Assembly: GCF_964213995.1 (NCBI RefSeq)
Contig: NW_027590365.1
Span: forward strand, 248,001 to 312,000
DNA: 64,000 nucleotides
Direction: 5' to 3'
DNA from: Mustelus asterias
Lineage: Eukaryota
The position numbers and the translations under genes were made by a program. Under the pieces are notes generated by a model. It was not told the DNA's origin. It did not search any database and worked only from the letters and a program-made list of their open reading frames with translations. This document shows positions 14,190 to 27,703 of this stretch, one piece after another. Position 1 is the stretch's first letter, and each line of letters starts with the position of its first letter.

Positions 14190-14480
14190 CCCGAGGCGAA
14201 CAAAGGAATTGCGCATGCTCCACATTCAGATCGAGTGTCCGGCCTCATCAGCCGGACCGGACTGCGCATGTGCCAGTTCACAATGCCCCGGGGAGGGTGA
14301 TTGACGGCAACTCCGGACCAATAGGAGGAGGGAGGCGGGCCTGGACTGCCGTGGGGGAGCAGCTGGTCCTCCAACCAATCAGCGTGGGAAAGAGGGGCTC
14401 CGACGGAAGCATGCGCATTACGGGTAATGGCGACGGCGAATGCTTATGACCTCGGATCCGTAATCGCCGATCGGTGGGTA
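14190..14480. promoter_or_regulatory. CpG-rich bidirectional promoter cassette P1 (between Z3 and Z4)
   Basis: Several NRF1-like GCGCATG motifs, two CCAAT boxes, CGGAAG (ETS) and ATGGCG (YY1). Homologous to 36380-36670 and, inverted, to 44440-44700. Confidence 0.72.
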
Positions 14481-14984
14481 CGATTGAACCGGCGAGTAGA
14501 CGGAAAGGCTTCAGAAACCGGTTGTGCGGATCTGAAAACTCCCCCTAAAATTCACCAGTTCCCCCATTTGCATCGAGCGGGTCAAAGATCCCTGAGATCG
14601 GCCCACGCGTTAACGACCTCCATCTTTATTGGGGGCAATACGCGGCGGTGCGCATGGGTAATCACCATCTGTTTTTTATGTTTGCATTATTTAGTTTATA
14701 AAAACAATGGCATCATCCAGCCAATAAAAACATGATAATACATATCTGGACAAGTTGTTCCAATTGACTACAACATTGTGGTGCTAATTATGTATACAGC
14801 CATGAACAGAATTGGGCCAGCTGGCATTTCCAATGCAAATTGTCATGTAATTGCAACATGGAAGATGTCTAAAATTGAATTTGCAAAGTAATGACAGCAT
14901 TGTTATTCATAGTATGAATATGGAAAATAAAAGACCTGTTTCAGCAAACCTTCAGGTGAGGTAATTTAGGAAGTGCTAATCACC

Positions 14985-16010
14985 ATCTTTGGAAGGAAGG
15001 ATTTGCAGTTGGAAAACTCAAACTAAACATCACATCAGAATCTGATGGAGTCACTCAATTTATCCAAATCTGAAATCATTGGGTTGTAAATGTGGAAGGA
15101 GAAAGTACCATTCACAGTGGGGAGAAACCGTCCGTGTGTTGTGTGTGTGGATGAGGCTTCATCTGATTGTGGAACCTGGAGAGACACAGGACACCCACAG
15201 CATGAAGAAACTGTGGAAATGTGAGGCCTGTGGGAAGGGATTCAGTTACTCAGTTATACTGGAAACTCATCAGTGCGTTCACACTGGGGAGAGGCCATTT
15301 ACCTGCACCGAGTGTGGGAAGAGCTTCGCAAATTCAACCAACCTGCTGAGACACCAGCTCGTTCACACTGGGGAGAGGCCGTTCACTTGCACTGAATGAG
15401 GGAAGGGATTCACTCATTCATCATATCTGTTGAGACACCAACCAGTTCACACTGCAGAGAGACCTTTTAAATGCATGGACTGTGTGAAGTGCTGCAAAAC
15501 CTCTGGGAACTGAAGCACCATCAGCATGTTTCACACTGGGGAGAGGCCGTTCAGGTGCTCTCACTGTGGGACTGGGTTCACACAATCATCTGACCTCACT
15601 GTACACCAGCGGATTCACACTGGGGAGAGGCCGTTCACCTGTAAAGAGTGTGGGAAGGGATTTGCTCAGATGTCCACTCTGCTGACACACCAGTGGATTC
15701 ACACTGGAAAGGGACCATTCACCTGCCCTGAGTGTGGAAAGAGATTCATTAATTCATCCCATCTGCTAACGCACCAGCAGATCCACACTGATGAGACTGA
15801 ACTGCGGAAAGTGCAACAAAAGTTCTGGGGAACTGCTGTCCCATCAATGAGTCCACACTGACGAGAGACAATTCAAGTGTTGTCATTTTGGTCTGAGTTC
15901 AGGTAACCTCATCCCACTGTACACCAGTGCATTGACACTGAGGAGAGAATGTTCACTCCCTCTGAATGTGGGAAGAGAGTCACTCATTCGTCCCATCCGC
16001 TGAGATCCAG
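14985..16010 (+). pseudogene. C2H2 ZNF pseudogene (unit Z4)
   Basis: Finger repeats interrupted by TGA (15397) and frameshifts. 3' UTR with AATAAA at ~16151 is homologous to 8290-8430(-) and 39650-39810. Confidence 0.8.
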
Positions 16011-16434
16011 TGATTTCAGAAATAACTACATTAATTGTATTTTACTTTTAATCACAACCAGTACTGAATCGCATTCTTTGGGGTCTGTTTCTACTGCTGA
16101 TGATAAACTCCAGGCCAGTTGTATGTTTTTAATCTTCTGGTTAAAAGTTAAATAAATCAGCTTTATGTTAAGCTGAGCGTCAATCTTTTTGATATCGGCA
16201 ATATGTTAGGAGTTTTTGAGATGCTCTGCCCATTCCCTCTTTCCTCCATCCTCACTTCCAATAACAAGTGTAAGCAGCTCATAGAGCTTCTTTAAGATTG
16301 AGAACATCCAATGAATTACCTCTACTACTTCCAACAGCCCACCAGAAAAATACTGCTTCTAAAGTTCCTCATTGTCTGAGCTCTGAACCTGCATCTTCCT
16401 CTGGGTTCTGTCACCATTTAATTGGGACCATCAG

Positions 16435-16835
16435 TGGAGGTGTTTTTAACCCAGCATTCCCCATGGTTGAGAGTATCCCCTTTCCACAGCACAGGAGAGC
16501 AATGGGCAGGCCTGGTTCTGCCCTGTGCTTGGAGCATCCGCAGTGTCAGCCATGACAATGAACAGACGTTTCTCTCTCGGATCCACGATGGGTAAAAGGT
16601 GGGATGGTGGGAGCAATGGATTTGGTGGGTGGATAGAGATTCTCCAGAAACATGTTGTGTAAACTACAAATCCCAAATGAGAAGCTACTGAGTGGACACA
16701 AGGGGAATTATCCTGGTGACAAAGCTGGAGCAGGAGGAGAGAATGTTGTGAATTTCTATCCTGGATGGATTTCGAAAACTCCTTTGACGGGGTTAGAAGG
16801 GGAGGATTTACACACGGCAATCTCAAACTAAAGAA
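16435..16835 (+). pseudogene. Truncated ZNF gene-unit relic (promoter/exon 1/start of exon 2)
   Basis: 16440-16620 resembles 22725-22910; 16745-16830 resembles the shared exon-2 acceptor region (gaaggggaggatttaca..ctcaaac). No fingers follow. Confidence 0.5.
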
Positions 16836-16849
16836 AGGTTCATCTCTAC

Positions 16850-17102
16850 AGGGTGGCACAGTGGTTAGCACTGCTGCCTCACTGTCTGTGTGGAGTTTGC
16901 ACATTCCACCTGTGACTTTAGGGGTTTTCTCCAGGTGCTCTGTTTTCGTCCCACAGTCAAAAGATGTGCAGGTTAGAGGATTAGCGGGGTAAACGTGTGC
17001 AGTTGCTGGCGGTGGGCCTGGGTAAGATGTTCTTTTGCAGAGTCAGTGCAGACTCGTTGGGCTGAATGGCCTCCTTCTACACTGTAGGGGATTCTATGAT
17101 TC
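16850..17102 (+). mobile_element. HE1-like SINE, internally deleted
   Basis: ggtggcacagtggttagcactgctgcctcac head, V-domain, and ttctatgatt tail. Confidence 0.8.
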
Positions 17103-17749
17103 TTCGGATACAGGTCTTCAAATGGGATGGACAGGTAGATATGGACAGAATGTTTCCACTGTGATACACAGTAAATAGTAGTAAATCCAACCACTTACAC
17201 CCAGGCACCAAATCCAGAGACCACTTCCACCATGACATCAAACTCAAGGACCACTTACAACGAGACACCAAATTTAAGCAGCAATAAAAGGACATCTAAG
17301 CAAGCAGCCAATGTCACAATAAAATAAAGCTGTTTACAAACTGCGGAGAACATGTTCTAAAAAAATACATTTCTTAAAGGCACACGAGCGTCACTTTCTT
17401 GAAAACATAAAGGGCGCAATCTTCCCCAACAAAAGTTCTATTTGTCAAAAGAGTCTGACGAGTTTGGCACTGCAATCTTCCCAAACTCTGTCAATTTCTT
17501 TAGCAATTGGGAGATTTGTGTCCATGGGGGAGCGGGTGGTGTAGAGCTTTTGCATGCCAGGGAAGCCATCAAAATCAACGATGACAATTGCAAAGATCAG
17601 AACATTTCAAAGGCTCTCACATGCAGTACGTGTGGTGGAGTTTTAATAAACAAGATTCCAAAAGGGTTAATTGAGCCAGAAAATAACAGATTTCTTCTGC
17701 AATATCGTTCTACAATGGGTGGTTCACAGGAACTCCAGATGTGTGTAAA

Positions 17750-18963
17750 GTGAAACACATTGACGAAGGGAAAGCGGTAGATGCGGTTTATATGGATTTC
17801 AGCAAGGCGTTCGATAAGGTCCCCCATGCAAGGCTTCTAGAAAAAGTGAGAGGGCATGGGATCCAAGGGGCTGCTGCCCTGTGGATCCAGAACTGGCTTG
17901 CCCAAAGGAGGCAGAGAGTGGGTATAGATGGGTCTTTTTCTAAATGGAGGTCGGTCACCAGTGGTGTGCCGCAGGGATCAGTTCTGGGACCCTTGCTGTT
18001 TGTCATTTTCATAAATGACTTGGATGAGGAAGTGGAGGGATGGGTTGGTAAGTTTGCCGACGACACGAAGGTTGGTGGGGTTGTGGATAGTCTGGAGGGA
18101 TGTCAGACGTTACAGAGGGACATAGATAGGATGCAGGACTGGGCGGAGAAGTGGCAGATGGGCTTCAACCCAGATAAATGCGTAGTGGTCCATTTTGGCA
18201 GGTCAAATCGGATGAAGGAGTACAATATAAAGGGAAAGACTCTTAGTACTGTAAAGGATCAGAAGGACCTTGGGGTCCGGGTCCATAGGACTCTAAAATC
18301 GGCCCCGCATGTGGAGGAGGTGGTTAAGAAGGCGTATGGTGTGCTGGCCTTTATCAATCGAGGGATTGAGTTTAGCAGTCCGGGGATAATGATGCAGCTA
18401 TATAAGACCCTCGTCAGACCCCACTTGGAGTACCGTGCTCAGTTCTGGTCGCCTCATTACAGGAAGGATGTGGAAAAGATTGAAAGGGTGCAGAGGAGAT
18501 TTACAAGGATGTTGCCTGGATTGAGTGGCATGCCTTATGAGGATAGGCTGAGGGAGCTCGGTCTTTTCTCCTTGGAGAGACGTAGGATGAGAGGAGACCT
18601 AATAGAGGTATATAAGATGTTGAGAGGCATAGATAGGGTGGACTCTCAGAGGCTTTTTCCCAGGGTGGAAATGGCTGCTACGACAGGACACAGGTTTAAG
18701 GTGCTGGGGTGTAGGCACAGGGGAAATGTTAGGGGGAAGTTTTTCATACAGAGGGTGGTGGGTGAGTGGAATCGGCTGCCGTCAGTGGTGGCGGAGGCAA
18801 ACTCAATAGGGTCTTTTAAGAGACTCCTGGATGAGTAGATGGGACTTAATAGGATGGAGTGTTATGATGGAGTGTTATAGGTAGGCCTAAAAGGTAGGGA
18901 TATGTTCGGCACAACTTGTGGGCCGAAGGGCCTGTTTTGTGCTGTAGTTTTCTATGTTTTCTA
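17750..18963 (+). mobile_element. 5'-truncated CR1 LINE with open RT frame
   Basis: 365-aa ORF with [33 protein letters not shown] and LYKTLVRPHLEY; 3' tail ttctatgttttcta. Confidence 0.93.
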
Positions 18964-19132
18964 TTACAGTTCAATTTGTCACACCCAAAAGTAGAACACT
19001 CAAACAGAACAAGCTTGTGGTTTCTTTTCTTCTTCTCCTGTCTGAGAGAAGAAGCAAAAACCGTGTTAAATATTAATCTCTGAGCTCGATATCCAGGTCA
19101 AAGCTTCTGGTGTAAGATTTCTTATGAGTTTA

Positions 19133-19440
19133 GGGGCAGCCAGTGGCGAAGTAATATTGAACAAGTAATCCAGAAACCCAAAGTCATGTTCTGGGGACCT
19201 GGGTTCAAATCCCACCATGGCAGCTGGTGGAATTTGAATTCAATAACAAAAAAATCCAGAAATAAACTTTTAATGAAACCAATGCCGATTGTCATAAAAA
19301 AACTCTTGTCCTTTAGGAAAGGAAATCTGCCACCCTTACCCGGTATGTTCCATGTGTGACTCCAGATCCACAGCGATGTGGGTCTTTAAATGGTCCAGCA
19401 AGCCATTCAGTTCAAGGGCAATTAGGTTTGAGCAATGAGT
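19133..19440 (+). mobile_element. Second tRNA-derived SINE family (Deu/SacSINE-like)
   Basis: B box gggttcaaatccc followed by accatggcagctggtggaatttgaattc. Related reverse-strand copies at ~50780-51145 and ~56110-56466. Confidence 0.55.
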
Positions 19441-20253
19441 ATGGACAGAGTAAATAGTCAGAAACCCTTCCCACTCAAGAGAGCACCAAGAAGTAGGGCA
19501 CAGATTCAAAGTATTTAGCAAAGGAGTAAGAGTGATGTGAGTAAAAATGTTTCACTCAGAGGTTGGTTGGAGTCTGGAACAAATTCACTGAGAAGGTCGT
19601 GGAGGCAGGTTCTATCAAGGTATTGAAAAGAAAATTCGATTGCTATCCGAAAAGAAAGAATGTGCAATGTTACGGGAATAAGGCAGGGAAGTAGGACTGG
19701 GTACAATGCCCTTTCAGAGACTCAGGACAGACTCAATGGGCTGAATGGTGTCCTTCTGCACTGTGAGGATTCTGTGTTTCTGTCAGCACAGACCCCACAT
19801 CATCAGCATTGGAACTGAAACTCCCATCATTACATCAACACCAGAACCACGATGAATTTCAGAAAACTGGGAAATCTTCCAAAAGGCAATGACACCAACA
19901 GGTGGGTTTAACCAAGCACCCAATGTCTTCAATAGATTGATAGGATTGATGAAAGTTCAGAGTTTAATCCGGGAGAAGATGAATCAGAGAACAGAAATAA
20001 TCTTGAGCAAGAAAAGGCCCAAATAATGGCACTGTCAAAAACAGGAGATCAATCATTCTCCTCTTATTATTGGAGAAATCCAAAACACTGTGTTTGAATC
20101 AAAGCTGATTTAATCAACATTTACAAACAACATCACTGCATACACCAGCTTTCATGCTTATTAATATCAGCAGCAACAAACTCCAACTGTCAGAATGAAC
20201 ATGGTTCAGTCCTGGATGCGATTAACAGCAGATTCTAAATCCAATCCCTTCAG

Positions 20254-21123
20254 TTACTTGTGAACTCGCTGGTGCCTCAGCAGTGTGGATGAACGACTGA
20301 ATCTCTTTCCACACACTGAGCAAGGAAATGGCCTCTCCCCGGTGTGAACTCGCTGGTGTGTCAGCAGGGTGGACAACTGAGTGAATCCCTTCCCACACAC
20401 TGAGCAGGTGAACGGCCTCTCCCCAGTGTGACTCCGCTGGTGATTAAGTAGGTTGGACATCCAAGTGAAGCCTTTCCCACAGAAAAAGCAGGTGAAGGGT
20501 CTCTCCCTGGTGTGAGTGAGTTGGTGCATCAGCAGATCCGTCTGGCTTTTAAAGTACTTCTCACAGTCAGGACATTTAAACAGCCTCTTATCAGTATGAA
20601 CAAGTTGGTGTGTCAGTAGGTCGAATGAACGGGTAAATCCCTTCCCACACACGGAGCAGGGGAACAGTCTCTCCCCAGTGTGAGTGCGTTTATGGTTCAA
20701 CAGATCATTTTTCCTTTTATAGTTTTTCTCACAGTCAGAACATTGGAAAGGTCTCTCCTCACTGTGGATTCGATGGTGTGACAGGAGGTGGGATGAGTTT
20801 GTGAAGTCTTTCCCACAGACGGAGCAGGTGAATGGTCTCTCCCCAGTGTGAACACGCCGGTGTCTTAGAAGGTGGGATGATTTAGTGAATTCTTTCTGAC
20901 GCACAGAGCAAGTGAATGGCCTCTCCCCAGTGTGACTGCGGTGATGAATATGTAACTCAGATGGGCAATCAAATCCCTTCCCACAGTCTCCACATTTCCA
21001 CGGTTTCTCCCCAGTGGGACAGCACTTGTGTTTTGACAGGTTTGATGAGCGACTGAAACCTCGTCCACACACAGAACATGTAAACACCTTCTCCCCATTG
21101 TGAACGGTGCTTTTTGATTCCAT
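20254..21123 (-). CDS. C2H2 zinc-finger protein, ~10 fingers (unit Z5)
   Basis: Intact 289-aa ORF from ATG ([12 protein letters not shown]) with TGERPF linkers; two fingers are degenerate. Acceptor ttttacag at ~21231-21238. Confidence 0.88.
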   Translation of the reverse strand: MESKSTVHNGEKVFTCSVCGRGFSRSSNLSKHKCCPTGEKPWKCGDCGKGFDCPSELHIHHRSHTGERPFTCSVRQKEFTKSSHLLRHRRVHTGERPFTCSVCGKDFTNSSHLLSHHRIHSEERPFQCSDCEKNYKRKNDLLNHKRTHTGERLFPCSVCGKGFTRSFDLLTHQLVHTDKRLFKCPDCEKYFKSQTDLLMHQLTHTRERPFTCFFCGKGFTWMSNLLNHQRSHTGERPFTCSVCGKGFTQLSTLLTHQRVHTGERPFPCSVCGKRFSRSSTLLRHQRVHK

Positions 21124-21649
21124 GTTCAGAAGTCGATGATGTTCAGGCCCTGATGATTTGGGTGTCTGTCAGATCCTGATGTGATGTTTGATCTGAGTTT
21201 CCCACCTACAAATCCTCCTCTTCCAATATGCTGTAAAATTAATTCAAAAAGGAGAAAAAAACAGTGATAAACACAAAGGTAGGTTGTGAAATTCAGCTGA
21301 ATGAATCCGGTAATTTGTGGAGCCGGCACAAGGAAAAAGTGACTCCGGAAGCTGCTGGATTGTGATTAAAAACTCAAATGGTTTGCTAATGTCCTTCAAT
21401 TCAGGAAACCTGCCACCCAGTCCAGATCTACACAAGAATTCAACCTTAATGGGAGGAGAAAGATAGAGATGAAACAGGGAGGGAATGAACGGTAAGGACT
21501 TTATACATCTACAACTGGCCAAGAACTTTGACAGAACCTGCCAAACCACAACCTTCACCAACTCAAAGGATGCAGGAAAACTATCACCTCCAAATGTCGC
21601 TTTCAATCTCAAAACAACTTGTAATCCTGAGGTAACCTGTAACCTCCTG

Positions 21650-21850
21650 CATTTAAGGGGCAATTTAGCCTGGTCAATCCACCTAACCTGCCCACCTTTG
21701 GGGTGTGGGAGGAAACCGGAGCACCTAAAGGAAACTCATGCAGTCACAGATATAACGTGCAAACTCCACACAGTCACCCAAAGCTGGAATTGAACCCGGG
21801 TCCCTGGTGCTGTGAAACAGCAGTGTTGACCACTGTGCCACCCTGTGCCA
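21650..21850 (-). mobile_element. HE1-like SINE
   Basis: Reverse complement of ggcacagtggtcaacactgctg...cgggttcaattcc plus the V-domain. Confidence 0.78.
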
Positions 21851-22689
21851 CTGTACTATATTGCTCAGAAATAAGTTTTAGGATTTTGGCCGAGTGATTG
21901 TGAAGGCAGAGCAGTAAACTACCAAGTCACAATAGTGTGTGATTCTGAAGAGTAAATGCAGGTAGTGGGGTTTCCATGCACAAACTGCCCTAATCCATAT
22001 TGGAGAAGAGGTTTGTAGTTTTGGAAGCTGCTGTCAAAGGAGTTTTAGCCAATTGCTGGTAATTCCAGTAATGTCCATGTTCCAGTTATTAATTTGAAAA
22101 TTTTCTAAATGAAAATTTAATGAAAATCCCTGACAGAACTACTTTTTCCTTACTTGAAACACAGCTTTAAATGGTCCGTTTGTTTCTAGATTCAGTTCCA
22201 TGAGCAACGCCTTCAACTAAACAAAATCAAAACACTGCAGCTGCTGGAAATCTGAAATGAAAAGAGAAAACGTTGGAAATACTCATCAGCATCTATAGAG
22301 ACAGAAATAGAGTTAATGTTTGCAGTCACTGATGCTCCTCTAATAAAACACATACCAATAGCTGCTGTTTAATGGGGCCGTGGATCGCACAATCCCCTGT
22401 GCCCCAGAAACAGCTCTATCCATCACACACATTTCCCATTATGACACTTCTATGTCAAGAGGGCGAGCTGTTTAAAAGTCGTCAAGTTCCATTTTTGCGT
22501 GTTGATGTTCATTAAAGATACGGATCGACTTCCCCCTCATTATGTATCAATTTCAGATACTTTGGTCGAGAATTTCCATTCCCCTACTTCCTGGTGGATA
22601 ATGGATGCCTTGAGCACTTCGATTACAGTACATTTGATTCCTAATTTTATTAACTGCACCCCATCCCTAATTTTCACATCGCAGCAGAA

Positions 22690-23130
22690 AAAGCTACTGT
22701 TCACAAATGAGGAGTTTCGATGGCGTGCGTTTTACCCACCATTCCTCGCGGTGGGGAATGTCCCCTATCCACAGCACGGGAGAGTTGTGCATGCGCAGTG
22801 AAGCAGTGTTTGACGCGTGCGTAGCGTGGACAATGGCAATGGAGAGGGACGTTCCTCTGTCTCATCAACAACCGGTAAGGATGCGGATACATGGAGGGAG
22901 GATTGGAACCAGCAGATGGACGGAGAGGGTTTCTAAATATCTGGTGAAGGTCTCAAACCTCTAATAGTAATCCGCAGGTCCCGTGTTTGCAGCTTCAGGT
23001 CTTTTTCCCGAGACGAGGCGAGGTTAACAGCCGCCATCTTGATTCAGCAGGGAGCGGAGCGCATGCGCTGGTGTCTTGGTGACGCAACAGAGAGTGGGTG
23101 GGGCTTAGGCATTTTCTGCTCCCAACCGGG
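22690..23130. promoter_or_regulatory. CpG-rich promoter region P2 (candidate for Z5 and/or Z6)
   Basis: GCATGCGCA and GCGCATGCGC (NRF1), perfect YY1 site GCCGCCATCTTG (~23030-23041), TGACGCAA, GC box, and a candidate donor ccg|gtaagg at ~22875. Confidence 0.62.
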
Positions 23131-23199
23131 TCCGAGTGACCGGAATGCAGAGCAAACTGAGCAACAGGTTTTAAACAGCTTCACCCACTCCCAGGCTGC

Positions 23200-25265
23200 A
23201 GCTAATGTTTGCAGCCGAGAGGAATCCATGGGCCATGTATATACTCCAGAAGTTGTTTATTCCTGTTTGGCGCAAGAGTGGTAAGGGAATTGTGGCCAAG
23301 CCATGGCTTACAAGGGAAATTAGAGATAGTATCAGATTCAAGGAAGAAGCATTCAAATCGGCAAGAAAAAGCAATAGGCCCGAGGATTGGGAGCAGCTTA
23401 AAATTCAGCAAAGGAAGGCCAAGGGATTGATTAAGAAGGGAAAAATGGAGTATGAAAGTAAGCGAGCAGGGAACACAAAAACTGACTGTAAAAGTTTCTA
23501 TAGATATGTAAAGAGAAGAAGATTGACAAAGACAAATGTTAGAAATGGGAGAATTCATAACGGGGAATAAAGAAATGGCTGAGGGATTAAATTGGTACTT
23601 TGCTTCAGTCTTCACAAAGGAAGACGTGAATAATGTATCAGAAGTGCTGAGAGAAACATGTTTTAGTCAGGGGCTGAAGGAAATCAGCATCAGTTGAGAG
23701 GTTTTTGGGGAAATTGATGGGATTGAAGGTGGATAAATCTCCAGGTCCAGATAAACTTCATCCCAGAGTACTTAAGGAAGTGGTCCTGGAAATAGTAGAT
23801 ACGTTGGTGGTTATTTTCCCAAATTCTTTGGAATCGGTAATAGTTCCGACAGATTGGAGGGTAGCTAATGTAAACCCACTATTCAAAAAGGGAGGGAGAG
23901 AGAAAACAGGGAACTATAGACCAGTGAGCCTAACATTAGTACTGGGGAAGTTGCTGGTGTCTATTATCAAGGATTTCACAACTCGGCATTTGGAAGGCAG
24001 TGGTATAATCAGACAAAGACAGCATGGATTTACAAAAGGGAAATCATGCTTGACGAATCTATTGGAATTTTGTAAGGATGTAAGGAGTAGAGTTGACCGA
24101 GGAGAACCAGTGGATGTAGTTTATTTAGACTTTCAGAAGGCTTTCGACAAGGTCTCACATAACAGACTGCTATGTAAAGTTAAAGGACATGGGATTGCAG
24201 GTCATGTCTTGAGATGGATAGAAAGCTGGTTCGCAGATAAGAAGCGAAGAGTTGGCATAAATGAGTCTTTTTCTGATTGGCAGTCAGTGACTAGTGGGGT
24301 TTGGCAGGGATCTGTGCTTGGACCCCAACTCTTCACATTATATATTAATGATTTGGAAGAGGGAACGGAATGTATTATCTCCAAGTTTGCAGATAATACA
24401 AAGTTGGGTGGGAGGGTGAGCTGTGAGGAGGCTGCAGAGATGCTTTAGCGTGATTTGGACAGGCGGAGTGTGTGGGCATCTGCATGGCAGATGCAGTATA
24501 ATGTGGATAGATGTGAGATTATCCACTTTGGTAGCAATAATAGGAAGACAGATTATTACTTGAATAGGTGTAAATTGAGGGAGGTGTATCCTCAACAAGA
24601 TGTTTGATTCCTCGTGCATCACTCGCTGAAAGTAAGCGTGCAGGTACAGTAGGCAGTAAAGAATGCAAATGATATGTAGGCCTTCATAGCAAGAGGATTT
24701 GAGTATAGGGATAGGGATGTTTTGCTGCAGTTCTATAGGGCGTTGGTGAGGCCACACCTGGAGTATTGTGTACAGTTTTGGTGTCCTTATCTGAGGAAGG
24801 ATGTCCTTGTTATAGAGGGAGTGCAGCGAAGGTTTACCAGGCTGATTCCTGGGATGGCAAGTCAGTCATATGAGGAGAAACTAAATCGGTTAGGATTATA
24901 TTCACTGGAGTTTGGAAGAGTGGGATCTCATAGAAACTTAAAAATTCTAACAGGGTTAGATCGGGTAGATACAGAAAGAATGTTCCCAATGGTGGGGGGA
25001 GTCCAGAACTCGGGGTCATAGTTTGAGGATAAGGGGTAAACCTTTTAGAACTGAGGTGAGGAGAAATTTCTTCACCCAGAGAGTGATGAATGTGTGGAAT
25101 TCACGGCCACAGAATATAGATCAAGGGATATGGGGGAACGGGAGTGGAGTGGGGTGGGGGGGTGGATTAGGATATTGAATTTGATGATCAACCATGACCA
25201 TAATGAATGGCGGAGCAAGCTCGAAGGGCTGAATGACCTACTCCCACTTCTAGATTCTATGTTTC
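23200..25265 (+). mobile_element. CR1 LINE ORF2, degraded
   Basis: KSPGPDKLHPRVLKE, NYRPVSLT, QHGFTKGKSCLTNL, YLDFQKAFDKV, KFADNTK and LVRPHLEYCVQFW, with stops and frameshifts. Confidence 0.92.
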
Positions 25266-26239
25266 AGTGAGAGAAGTTGCCTGAAGCGGTGGCAAAATAT
25301 TTGGTTACATTTCAGCCCCAGACTCCTCATGTTTACATAGAAACATACTAGAAAATAGAAGTGGGGAGGAGGCTATTCGGCCCTTCGAGCCTGCTCCGCC
25401 GTTCATTATGGTCACGGCTGATCATCAAATTCAATATTGTAATCCCGCCTCCCCCCCCACCCCCACCCCCCGGATCCCTTGATCCCCAAGAAATGTATCT
25501 AATTCCTTATGGAAATCAGACTCTACTTCTACTTTTGAGGAAGGGACTTCCAAAGATTCAAGACTCTCTGAATGAAAAAAATCTTCTCATCTCTGTCTTC
25601 AATGGGCTGCACTGTTTGTTAAACAGTGACCCCTGGATTCTCCCATAAGAGTAAACATCCTCTCCACATCCAAGACCTTTCAGAATCTTGAAGGTTTAAA
25701 TTAAGTTGCCTCTTTTTTAAAGTTGAGCAGAAGCTAAACTTGAGCAGAGACAGTCTCTGGTGTTATTATATGGGACAGATTTACTTCTGGTCCTGTAATA
25801 AATGCATTTATTATTTCCAGTCTTGTAATATAGTCCTGTAGCTACGTTATATATTTCCAGTCATAGAGTCATTCCAGCACAGAAGGAGTCCATTGGATAA
25901 CTCGAGTTCATACCGACTCTCTCAGTAATTTCATAGTTTTTCAGTTTTTTTGTGATTTTCACAGTGACTTCATTGCAGTGTTAATGTCAGCATCCTTGTG
26001 ACACTAATTAATAAATTACCAAAACTAAACTATAAACTGTCTGCCGAGCAATTCTGTCCGTCTGGAGTGGGTCCCATTCTGTAACCCTGCAGCACCCATC
26101 CAATCTCATTTAGAAATTATTGATCCCCTCGGCTTGACTACCCCCACAGGCAGCAAGTTCAAGATCATCATCAATCGCAACCCCCTGTATCTTAACCAAC
26201 TGGAGCCATCCGATCCATTAAATATATTTTTAGTTCAAT

Positions 26240-27060
26240 CATAGCAGAGATATTTGTATCATCGATAGTCACAGGTGAGGTGCCTGAAGATTGGAGGGTG
26301 GCAAATGTTGAGCCTTTGTTTAAAAAGGGCTGCAGGGAAAAGCCGGGAACTGCAGGCCAGTGAGCCTCACATCTGTGGTGGGTAAGTTGTTGGAAGGTAT
26401 TTTGAGAGACAGGATCTACAGGCATTTAGAGATGCAATGACTGATTAGGGACAGTCAGCATGGCTTTGTGAGTGGTGAAGAAGGCATTCAGCATGCTTGG
26501 TTTCATTGGTCAGAACATTGAATACAGGAGTTGGGACGACTTGTTGAAGTTGTACAAGACATTGGTAAGGCCACACTTGGAATGCTGTGTACAGTTCTGG
26601 TCACCCTATTATAGAAATGATATTATTAAACTAGAAAGAGTGCAGAAAAGAATTATTACGTTGCTACCAGGACTTGATGGTTTGAGTTATAAGGCTGGAT
26701 AGACTGGGACTTTTTGTCTGGAGCATAGGAGGCTGAGGGGTGATCTTACCGAGGTCTATAAAATAATGAGGGGCATAGATCAGCTAGATAGTCAATATCT
26801 TTTCCCGAAGTAGGGGAGTCTAAAACTAGAGGGCATAGGTTTAAGGTGAGAGGGGCAATTTTTTCACACAGAGGGTGGTGAGTGTCTGGAACAAGCTGCC
26901 AGAGATAGTAGTAGAGGCGGGTACAATTTTGACTTTTAAAAAGCATTTAGACAGTTACATGGGTATGATGGGTTTAGAGGGATATGGGCCAAATGCGGGC
27001 AATTGGGACTAGCTTAAGGGTTTAAGAAAAAAGGCGGCATGCTGTAAACCTCTGTGACAC
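26240..27060 (+). mobile_element. CR1 LINE with internal deletion of the RT core
   Basis: SQHGFVS joins directly to VKKAFSML at ~26472. Same subfamily as 2075-4765 and 45365-46180. Confidence 0.85.
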
Positions 27061-27703
27061 TGTAGAGACTGTCTGGCAGCCTGCATGGAGATTTTCAGCT
27101 CTCTGTGTCCAGGACAGGAAGCAGTGAGCATGGATCTGTCAATCAGCCTCAATCAGCACCTTCAGGAGAATTGGGAGGGTGAATATTAGATACAGCAGAG
27201 TGAGAATGGAGGGAGAGTGTGTGGGATGGAGATTCACAGCTTTGGGGGAATGAGAGAGGAAAGAATGTTCCATAGAAACTAGAATTCTCTGTTCTGAATT
27301 TCGATCCTGTACTGACTGTGATGACTTTTGTAAACTCCTTTTACAGGATATCAGAAGGTGAGGGTTTACAGACAGAAATCTCAAACCAAACGTCACGTCA
27401 ACATCTGACAGAGTCACTCAATTCAATGGGACCTGAATATCATCAGCCTTTGAATCTAGGAGAAATGTTTTTCTGTTCTGTCTGCTTCAGGAGATTTTAA
27501 ATATCAGTGTGACTGGAAAAGCACCGAGACACACACACCCGGGTGAGAGTGTTCCAGTGCACTGAGTGTGGAAAACGCTTCAGTTGCACAGCCTGAAAAA
27601 ACATCACAACATTCACAGTGGGGAGAGACTGTACCCGTGTTCTGTGTGTGGACGAGGCTTCAACTGATTGTCCGACCTGGAGAGTCACAAGGACACCTGC
27701 ACC

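Noticed and set aside
17741-18838. Host reverse transcriptase genes (also 34035-35186 and 61893-63083)
   Set aside because: These are 5'-truncated CR1 ORF2 pieces with LINE tails and no evidence of domestication.
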